Assembly: GCF_000091665.1 (NCBI RefSeq) | Contig: NC_000909.1 | Coordinates: 1,374,118 to 1,406,117, forward strand | Source of the DNA: Methanocaldococcus jannaschii DSM 2661 | Lineage (GTDB): Archaea > AGJL01 > Methanococci > Methanococcales > Methanocaldococcaceae | Length of the DNA: 32,000 nucleotides | Direction: 5' to 3' | In this document: positions 8,004 through 16,500 of the stretch, in pieces | How the letters are laid out: every line of letters starts with the position of its first letter | Numbering within the stretch: position 1 is the stretch's first letter | The notes under the pieces: generated by a model | Seen by the model: only the letters and a program-made list of their open reading frames with translations | Database searches by the model: none | Told to the model about the DNA's origin: nothing | Made by a program: the position numbers and the translations under genes

Positions 8004-11000
8004 ATGTGTGGTATCATTGGCTATATAGGTAATGATAAAGCTCCAAAAATCTTATTAAATGGATTAAGAAGGTTGGAATATAGAGGATATGATAGCTGTG
8101 GAATTGGAGTTGTTGATAATAATAAACTAATTATTAAAAAGAATGTGGGCAAAGTTGAAGAGGTTGCTAAAAAAGAGAGATTTTTGGATATTGATGGAAA
8201 TATTGGGATAGGGCATTGTTTGCATCCAGATACTTATGTTATATTGCCAGATGGAAGAATGAAAAAGATTTCTGAAATTGATGAAGATGAGGTTTTATCA
8301 GTTAATTTTGAAGATTTAAAGCTATATAATAAAAAAATCAAAAAGTTTAAACATAAAGCACCAAAGATATTATATAAGATAAAAACTGCCTTTTCTGAAC
8401 TTATTACAACTGGAGAACATAAATTGTTTGTTGTAGAGAATGGAAAGATAGTTGAGAAGTGTGTTAAAGATTTGAATGGAAGTGAGTTAATTGGTGTAGT
8501 GAGGAAGTTAAATTATAGCTTTAATGATAATGTTGAGTTTAAGGATGTATATGTTGAAAGGCATTATAAGTTAGATGAAACAATAAGAAATAAACTAAGA
8601 AAAGTTAGAGAAAAATTAGGACTAACAAGAAAAGACGTTGAAAAATTATGTGGAGTTAAAGAAATATATATTGTAAAAATTGAAACTGGAAAATTAGAGA
8701 GTATTGAAGAAGAGAGATTAAAGAAATTATGTTCTCTTTATGGTATCAACTTTGAAGAGATTATATATAGGGATAACTTACATTACACAAATCCTGTTAA
8801 ATTTCCAAAAACTCCTACTCCAGAATTAATGCAGATTATTGGTTATATTATTGGAGATGGGCATTTCCCTTCAAATAGGATGTTGAGATTGAAGGATGAA
8901 AGAAAAGAAGTTTTAGAGGAATATAATCAACTATTTAAAACTGTCTTTAACTTAGAAGGGAATATCAAAAAAGGAGATGGCAATTATTATATATTAGAGA
9001 TAAACAGCAAATACCTGATTGATTGGTTCAGAGAAAACATTCCAGAGTTATTTAATAAAACCGGTAATGAGAGAACTCCAGAATTTGTATTTAGATTAAA
9101 TAATGATTTGGTTGCATCATATTTAAGAGGAATATTTGATGCAGAAGGTTATATAAGAGCTGAGGCTAAGCAAATTGGTATAGGAATGACTTCCAAATGC
9201 TTTATAAAAGAGATTCAGTTCTTGTTGTTGAGATTTGGAATTTTAGCATCATATTCAAAAATTAAAAGAAAAGAGGAAAATTGGAACAATACTCATAAGC
9301 TTCTTATAAGTGATAAAAAATCCTTTGAATTATTTAAAAAATACATTGGTTTTACTGCAAAGGACAAAATGGAGAAATTAGAGGCTATATTAAACAAAAT
9401 GAAAGGACTTAACTTTAGATATATTTCAATTCCTTTAACTAAAAAAGAGATTAGGGAATTTGTAGGAGTTCCATTAAAAACAATAAAAAATGGAGATAAC
9501 TATTGCACCGATTACACAATAGAAAAGATTATTGAAGAACTAAACAGTAAAGGACTATATGATAAAGCAGAGTATTTAAAAAGATTTTTAGACGCTGATA
9601 TAGTTTGGACAAAATTTAAAATTGAAGAGGTTGAATCTGATGTTGAATATGTCTATGATTTAGAGGTTGAGGACTATCATAATTTCATTGGGAATTTAAT
9701 AATTAATCATAATTCAAGATGGGCAACACACGGAAATGTATGCAAAGAAAACGCTCATCCCCATACTGACTGCAAAGAAGAGATTGCAGTAGTTCATAAT
9801 GGAATCATCTCTAACTACAAAGAGTTAAAAGATGAATTAATGAAGAAGGGGCATAAATTTAAATCAGAAACTGATACTGAAGTTGTCCCTCACTTAATTG
9901 AAGAAGAATTAAAAAAATTTAAAGAAATTAATGAAGAAAATTACATAAAAGCCGTTAAAAATGCAATTAAAAAATTAAAAGGAACTTATGCATTAGTTAT
10001 AATAAATAAAAATTTCCCAAACCTATTAATTGGGGCAAGAAATGAAAGTCCCCTAATATTGGGAATTAATGATGACGGCTATTTTTTAGGGAGTGATATA
10101 ACTGCCTTTTTAGATTACACAAATAAAGCAATTCCATTAGAGGATGGAGATGTTGTTGTAATTAAAAAGAAAGAAAATGGATATGAAGTAACTATAGAAA
10201 ATAATGGAAATACTGTTGAAAGAGAGATGATGGAAATCAATTGGGATATAAGTTCTGCTGAAAAGATGGGTTATCCTCACTTCATGCTAAAAGAAATTAT
10301 GGAACAGCCAGAGGTTTTAAAAGTCTCTGCCAAAATATCCGCTGAAGAAATTAAAGAATTGGCAAAATGTATAAAAGATTATGATAGGGTTTATTTTGTA
10401 GCCATGGGAACCTCCTTACATGCGGCAATGGTTGTAGAGTATTTGTTTGCAAAGCTTGGAAAGCTGGTTATAGCTTGTGATGCATCTGAATTTTTAAATA
10501 AAGGGGTTGTTGATGATAAAACCTTAGTTATAGGGATTACACAAAGTGGAGAAACCTACGATACTTTAAAGGCATTGAGATTTGCTAAGAAAAATAAGGC
10601 AAAAACTGGAGCTATAGTTAATGTTTTGGGAAGCACAGCTACAAGAGAGGCGGATATAACCGTTATGATGGGAGCAGGGATAGAGATAGCTGTCTGTGCT
10701 ACTAAAACTTACACATCCCAGTTAATGATACTGTATAGGTTGTTTATTGAATATGGAAAGCTTTTAGGTAGAGATATGAGTGAATATGAGAAAGAGATTG
10801 ATAAAATTCCGAATTATATAAAGGAGGTTTTAGATAAAAAAGAAACAATTAAAGAAATAGCCAACAATCTAAAAGTAAATAACTACATATTCATCTCTAA
10901 AGGAATAAATATTGCAAGTGCATTGGAAGGAGCCTTAAAATTTAAAGAAATAACTTATTTACATGCTGAGGGGATGAGTGGGGGACTGTTAAAGCATGGA

Positions 11001-11303
11001 ACTATCTCCCTAATTGATGAAAATATGGATACTGTAGCAATAGTTCCTCCAAGGGATTCTGCAGTATTTAACTCAATATTATCAAATATAGAAGAGGTTA
11101 AAGCAAGAGGGGGAAAAGTTATAGCCATAACTCCAACTGAAATAGATGGAGCTGAAAATATATTAGTTCCAGAGGTAATTGAAGAGATTTCTCCAATTGT
11201 TTATGCTCCAGCCTTCCAGTTGTTAGCTTATTATAAGGCAGTTGAATTGGGAAGAGATGTTGATAAACCAAGAGGTTTAGCTAAGAGCGTTACTGTTGAA
11301 TAA
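8004..11303 (+). CDS. glmS: Glutamine--fructose-6-phosphate aminotransferase (isomerizing), interrupted by one intein
   Basis: MCGIIGY provides the N-terminal nucleophile Cys of class II amidotransferases, so the start must be the ATG at 8004 (SD GGTGA at 7994-7998) and not the GTG at 7995. There are two SIS domains, and the C-terminus is the family-typical ...KPRGLAKSVTVE. Confidence 0.95.
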   Translation: MCGIIGYIGNDKAPKILLNGLRRLEYRGYDSCGIGVVDNNKLIIKKNVGKVEEVAKKERFLDIDGNIGIGHCLHPDTYVILPDGRMKKISEIDEDEVLSVNFEDLKLYNKKIKKFKHKAPKILYKIKTAFSELITTGEHKLFVVENGKIVEKCVKDLNGSELIGVVRKLNYSFNDNVEFKDVYVERHYKLDETIRNKLRKVREKLGLTRKDVEKLCGVKEIYIVKIETGKLESIEEERLKKLCSLYGINFEEIIYRDNLHYTNPVKFPKTPTPELMQIIGYIIGDGHFPSNRMLRLKDERKEVLEEYNQLFKTVFNLEGNIKKGDGNYYILEINSKYLIDWFRENIPELFNKTGNERTPEFVFRLNNDLVASYLRGIFDAEGYIRAEAKQIGIGMTSKCFIKEIQFLLLRFGILASYSKIKRKEENWNNTHKLLISDKKSFELFKKYIGFTAKDKMEKLEAILNKMKGLNFRYISIPLTKKEIREFVGVPLKTIKNGDNYCTDYTIEKIIEELNSKGLYDKAEYLKRFLDADIVWTKFKIEEVESDVEYVYDLEVEDYHNFIGNLIINHNSRWATHGNVCKENAHPHTDCKEEIAVVHNGIISNYKELKDELMKKGHKFKSETDTEVVPHLIEEELKKFKEINEENYIKAVKNAIKKLKGTYALVIINKNFPNLLIGARNESPLILGINDDGYFLGSDITAFLDYTNKAIPLEDGDVVVIKKKENGYEVTIENNGNTVEREMMEINWDISSAEKMGYPHFMLKEIMEQPEVLKVSAKISAEEIKELAKCIKDYDRVYFVAMGTSLHAAMVVEYLFAKLGKLVIACDASEFLNKGVVDDKTLVIGITQSGETYDTLKALRFAKKNKAKTGAIVNVLGSTATREADITVMMGAGIEIAVCATKTYTSQLMILYRLFIEYGKLLGRDMSEYEKEIDKIPNYIKEVLDKKETIKEIANNLKVNNYIFISKGINIASALEGALKFKEITYLHAEGMSGGLLKHGTISLIDENMDTVAIVPPRDSAVFNSILSNIEEVKARGGKVIAITPTEIDGAENILVPEVIEEISPIVYAPAFQLLAYYKAVELGRDVDKPRGLAKSVTVE
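8217..9713 (+). mobile_element. Intein with LAGLIDADG homing endonuclease in glmS (499 aa)
   Basis: The host motif GIGH|..|SRWATHG is split. The insert starts with Cys (CLHPDTYV, tgt at 8217-8219) and ends ...INHN (aat at 9711-9713), followed by a +1 Ser. The dodecapeptides are IIGYIIGDGHF and LRGIFDAEGYI. The length is in frame at 1497 nt. Confidence 0.92.
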
Positions 11304-11304
11304 G

Positions 11305-11309
11305 TTTTT
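11305..11309 (+). terminator. T5 tract immediately after the glmS stop
   Basis: The sequence reads taa g ttttt a. Oligo-T is the archaeal termination signal. Confidence 0.3.
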
Positions 11310-11711
11310 AGAATTTTATTGAATGAATTTTTATAACCCTTTCTTATTCTTAGTACTTAAGCTCCAAAGTTAATATATAAACTGTGAAATCCTTATGAGG
11401 TTGTTAAGTTAGCGATTTCATCCAGTTATAGAACATTATGAAGCTTTTTACTCAACTAACAACCGTATCGAATTTACCATTACTTGGAAATCTATTTAAA
11501 ACCTCTTTAATCTTGTGATAATAAATTCTAATCGATTCGTGACTTATGTCTTCGAATTGGGAGAGGAATAAACTTACCTTCCTTAACGATAATCCGAGGT
11601 AGTATAAAAGCCCTGCTAAGATTTTAACCTCTATCGATTCCTATTCCTTTTAAAAAGCTTCCTCTCTACGATTTTCTCCTTTATAACTTCTATCATGAGC
11701 CTCATATTTTA

Positions 11712-11870
11712 TTATTTTTTTATCAACAATATCTCCTTTCCAAATCCTAAAGATAGAGAAAATCCAAAAATAATCAATACAAATGAAAATAACTCAAAAA
11801 TCCATGAAATAATTTCTAAAATCAAAAATGGAAATTTTTTCAGGAATCTCATATGAGATTTTTCTTTCAT
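11712..11870 (-). CDS. Possible 52-aa hydrophobic micro-protein (unannotated in the ORF track)
   Basis: My own translation gives MKEKSHMRFLKKFPFLILEIISWIFELFSFVLIIFGFSLSLGFGKEILLIKK*, with one predicted TM helix. It starts 14 nt downstream of the cbiA/cfbB stop on the same strand. It has no clear SD and could be a chance ORF. Confidence 0.25.
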   Translation of the reverse strand: MKEKSHMRFLKKFPFLILEIISWIFELFSFVLIIFGFSLSLGFGKEILLIKK

Positions 11871-11883
11871 TCTTATCTTCTAT

Positions 11884-13209
11884 TTACTCACCAAAATTAA
11901 CCATAGATGAAGCAAAATAAGGATTAGCTACAGCATGATTGTGTAAATAACCAGCCAAAACTTTACCATTAAAAATCCCATCTAAGTTATTGATAATTCC
12001 TCTCCCCCTTTCTATTTTATAGGCAAATCTCTCCTCTTTTATATTGACAAGCTTTGAGTAATGGAACTCATGCCCTTTAAACTTTAATCCCTTTCTTCCA
12101 ATTAAACAATCCTCTAAAAACTCAGCTTTAACATAGCTAAGTCCTTGAACGTGCTTTGTCATAACAGCTGAGCAGTTTAATAAACCAACCATTGGAACAT
12201 TATCAATCGATTTTGTTATATACATCAAGCCCCCACATTCTCCATAGATATAGCCGTCAAACTCTTTAATGCTTTCAATCATCTCTTTATTTCTGCTTAA
12301 TTCTTCTTTAAACAGCTCTGGATAACCTCCTCCTATATACAAAATATCTGCATCTGGAACTTCACTATCTTTTAATGGGCTGAAAAATTCTATCTTAGCT
12401 TTATTTTCTTTTAAAGCTTCAAAGTTATCCCAATAATAAAAATTAAATGCCTTATCATAGGCAACAGCTATTTTTTTGTAATTTTCATTAACCTCCCATA
12501 AAAACACATCATCAACCTCTTCAAAATCCTCATCAGCTATCTCCACAATCTTATCTAAATCCAAATATTTTTCAACCAACTCCCCCCATAACACTATCTT
12601 ACTCTCTATCTCCTTTAAGTTTTCTGGAGTAGGGACTAAACCAAGATGCCTTCCTTCAACTTTAAAATCTTCATTCCTTGGGATAAAGCCAATTATTTCA
12701 ATATCTGGAAGATAATAACTCATTGCATCTTTTAATTTTTTTATGTGGTTTTCACTTCTAACAAAATTGAAAATAACTCCTTTAATTTTCACATTATCAA
12801 AACTCATAAAACCTTTTATTATTGCTATTGCACTTCTTGTTAAGCTCTTTGCATTCACAAGCAGGATTATAGGGCTATCTAAAGCCTTGGCAACGCTTGC
12901 TGTGCTTCCAATATCATCTATTGCAGATATTCCCTCATAAAGCCCTCTAACTCCCTCAATAACACTTATATCCTTATCTTTTGAATGTTTTTGAAAAAGA
13001 TATTTTATTTGTTCTTTATTCATAAAAAAAGAATCTAAATTCCTTGATTTATTTCCAGTGGCTATCGTGTGATATGTTGGGTCTATATAGTCAGGCCCAA
13101 CTTTATAGCCTTGAACGTTATATTTTTTTGATAATGCCTTCATAATTCCAGTAGAGATAACTGTCTTTCCAACTTCACTTGATGTTCCGGCAATCACAAC
13201 TCTTTTCAT
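11884..13209 (-). CDS. cbiA: a,c-Diamide synthase of the CbiA/CfbB family (cobyrinate and/or Ni-sirohydrochlorin a,c-diamide synthase)
   Basis: The N-terminal P-loop is [10 protein letters not shown]. The C-terminal glutamine amidotransferase domain carries the nucleophile context GECGGLMY and HEFH. GGAG abuts the track ATG at 13215 but lies 6 nt from the ATG at 13209, so I prefer 13209. Confidence 0.85.
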   Translation of the reverse strand: MKRVVIAGTSSEVGKTVISTGIMKALSKKYNVQGYKVGPDYIDPTYHTIATGNKSRNLDSFFMNKEQIKYLFQKHSKDKDISVIEGVRGLYEGISAIDDIGSTASVAKALDSPIILLVNAKSLTRSAIAIIKGFMSFDNVKIKGVIFNFVRSENHIKKLKDAMSYYLPDIEIIGFIPRNEDFKVEGRHLGLVPTPENLKEIESKIVLWGELVEKYLDLDKIVEIADEDFEEVDDVFLWEVNENYKKIAVAYDKAFNFYYWDNFEALKENKAKIEFFSPLKDSEVPDADILYIGGGYPELFKEELSRNKEMIESIKEFDGYIYGECGGLMYITKSIDNVPMVGLLNCSAVMTKHVQGLSYVKAEFLEDCLIGRKGLKFKGHEFHYSKLVNIKEERFAYKIERGRGIINNLDGIFNGKVLAGYLHNHAVANPYFASSMVNFGE

Positions 13210-13327
13210 AATCATCTCCTACTTTTTATGTGTAAAATAACCTTTTCATAATATGATAGGATGTTAAAAAAGGTTTATACGTTGTGAATTATAAACATTG
13301 CCATATACATTTTTTGCAGTGATATTG

Positions 13328-13507
13328 ATGATTGGCTTATCAAATCTTGAAGTTGAAGAAAGATTAAAAATATATGGATACAAGGAACTTAAAGAAAAGA
13401 AAAAATTACTCTTTAAATTTAAAAGAATGGATTATTTGTTTGGTGAGGGCATTTTCAACGTCTATCTTTATGGAAATAATAAAATTATTCATGAAAAAGA
13501 AGGTTAA
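13328..13507 (+). CDS. Small ORF whose N-terminus mimics the P-type ATPase N-terminal domain (possible gene remnant)
   Basis: MIGLSNLEVEERLKIYGYKELKEKKKLLFKF matches the Cation_ATPase_N pattern GLs..E...RL..yG.NEL.EKK. The remaining ~28 aa are unrelated and the ORF stops. AGTGAT lies 4 nt upstream of the ATG at 13328. The track's TTG at 13298 has no support. Confidence 0.3.
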   Translation: MIGLSNLEVEERLKIYGYKELKEKKKLLFKFKRMDYLFGEGIFNVYLYGNNKIIHEKEG

Positions 13508-13508
13508 A

Positions 13509-16500
13509 TTATCTTCCCATTAACGCCATTTTTGCTAATAAAGCACTCAATTGAATTCGTTCATTAGCTCCCTCAACTATTCTAAAGTCAGTTTCACCAA
13601 TAGCATCTGCCAACTCAACCTTCTTCCTCTCATCAATATCCAAACTGTTTATCTCTCTAAACATCTGGTTTAATATATCCTCCCCACTCATTCCCCACTC
13701 AACCATAAGCTTATACAATAAATCTCTTGCCTCCATGAACTTTCCATCTAAAGCCAATTCCATCATCTTCTTAACTTCCTCAGGTCTTGCTCTTGATGAG
13801 ACCTTATAAACAATCTCATCATCTATAACATCACTCAAAGCTGCCGCTGTCTGTAAAACATTTATTGCCTTTCTCATATCTCCCTCAGAGACATAAATTA
13901 TTGCCTCTAAACCACTTTCAGTTAAATTCAAACCTTCTTTCTCAGCAATCTCTTTTAATTTTTTGGCAATATCCTCTTTCTTTAATGGAGAAAACCTAAA
14001 GACAGCACATCTTGATTGAATTGGAGGAATGATCTTGCTTGGATAGTTGCAGTTATGAGACACAAATCCATTTGCTATAAATGAAGGGTCTTTATGGCAG
14101 GTTATATCATAGACATCTCTATAACCAATACACTCTTTCTTAATGATTCTTTCTGAAACATACTTTCCATCAACAACCTTTTCTTTTAAGAACTCTTCAA
14201 AGGTCATAAAGTTTCTTGGTAATCCAATGTCTTTTCCTTTAAGTTGATTTATTATAAAATCAACTGGAACATTATATTTCCTTGCCAATTCTCTTAGAGA
14301 TTTTTCACCATCTGCTTCTTTCAATGCATTTTCAGCAATCTCTTTTAGGATTATATCCTTATATGCCTCCTTGATTCTTAGATACTCTCCAACTAACCTT
14401 GCAAAGTTGTCTTTTTCATAGGCATAGGATATTCTTGATAGATATTTTAGATAGTTTTTATTATTTGCTTTCACTATCAACTCAGTTAAGTTTTTGTTAT
14501 CAATTTTACTGACTTTAATATATGATTCAACTTCAAACTCTTCTAACATCTTTTTAACTTCCTCAAAGAACTCTAATGTCTTATCTTTACTTATGTTTTC
14601 GACTCTTATCCCTAATTTAATTCCATTTATGTTGTATTTTTTGATATACGGTTTAGTTCCATCAGCTCCAAATAAACCTCTCAAAAACTCTCTCTTGACA
14701 AATTTATTTCCGTATTTTATCCATTTTGGAATGTTATATCCGTTTATGGTTTTATTTCCAATTTCAACTCCCCAGAAGTTTAGCAATAAATAAAATGCCT
14801 TGTTATTTATATATATAAATGATGTTTTGCCTTTAATTTCTCTACCATCCAATTTATGTTCAATATCTTTTTCAATTATGTTTGATGCTTTTATGCCTAA
14901 TTTTTCTAAATCTTTCTTAATTCCTTCAAGTTCATTTATTGTAGCAGTTATCAATATTCTTCCTTCTTTTGATTTTGATAAATGCCCGTCTCCAATTATA
15001 AAGCCCAGCAACCTTGCAAAGATTCCTGCTTTTTCATCATCATAAGTTATCTCATCCCATCCAAGTTCCTTAATTTTCCTAACGTATTTTAAAGCAAATC
15101 CATCAATTTTTCCATTTATAAGATTTTTTATAGTTGTTAGTGATATTTTTATTCCAAATTCTTCCTCAATCTTTCTTCTAATCTCTGATTTACTGTATTT
15201 ATCTGAGAGCTCCAAAACTCTACTTAATATTTTCTCCTTATCTCTTGTTATTAATTCCTTATAGCTTTTTGCTTTACCTAATGGTTTATATCCAAGTTTA
15301 ATCTCATAGTTTGTTAAAAATTCGTAGAACTCATTTAAGCCAATTATCCTTCTTTCATCAACTTCAAACCCAACTCCTTCCAATGCTGGATAAACCAATA
15401 CTTCATCATCCTCTTTTAGCTCATAAACTTCCTTCCATCCATCTCTTGTTAAAAACTTGTGGTCTCCTGTTGCCTCTATCTCCCTACCACTTTCTAAAAC
15501 TAATCTATAAACCTTATGATTAACTATCTTTGAGTTAAATTTAACCCCTGCTAAAACTAAATCCTCTCCATTTCTATTTAAAACATGTTTAAGCTTTCTT
15601 TCTTCAAACATTTTTATAAAGTCCTCTATCTTTATCTCTCTCTCATCTGGAAGAGTTATTTTTGCATCTCCAGTTAGACAGCTCAAGATAAATCTACAAA
15701 CATCTGAATATTTCTCCATTGTTCTTCTTAAAGCGTTCTGTGCATCTGCAGTTAATGCATCGCTCTCATCTAAGAATATAATCTTAAATGGAACATCCCC
15801 AATTGGCTTTGTTCTTGCAAAATCTTTTACTTTTGTTCTAATTACATCTATCCCTCTTTCATCAGAATTATGCAATAATATTGGCACATTTCCAGCAAAG
15901 AACATCTCATTGTTTGGAACTGATACATCATAAACAAAGTCGTTGTAGTCAATAATTTCAATCTCTTTAACAACCAACGCATATAACTCTGTTTTAGATA
16001 ACTTTTTCAATAAATCATAAACTTCTTTTTCTTTATCTGATAATTTCTCAACATTGACCATTTCTAAAATTTGCTTAATTTTATCTTTTGAAACTCTCTT
16101 TTTACCTTCATAGAGTTGATGTCTTAATATATATCTCCAGTTTCCATTTATCTTATTCTCTAACTTTTTAATCATTTTGATTATTGGCTCAGCCGGTAGT
16201 AAGTTGCTTTTCTTCCACTTCATTCCTCCTTTCCAAATCAATCTTGCTTCATTTTCAAATATTGAACTTTCAATGCCAGATATTCTTGCAAGCCATACCG
16301 TATCGATTAATAAATTATCTGATTTGGATGATATTCTAACAACTTCTCTCCAATTTCCACTACTATCTCCATCAGCCAATCCTTTTAAGAATTCAACTCT
16401 TAGATTTTCTTTTAATTCAAATATAATATCTGGAATTCTTTTATTTCTTGCTCTTCTTCCATTACCATCATAGAAGTTTTCCTCAACAAATCTCGCAAGT

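Noticed and set aside
11688-11706. Short minus-strand [27 protein letters not shown] and the stop-interrupted continuation of its frame, considered as a recently inactivated gene.
   Set aside because: The downstream frame has a stop every 5-20 codons and shows no recognisable family motif, so a simple pseudogene cannot be supported from the sequence alone. I kept it only as one hypothesis within the gap finding.
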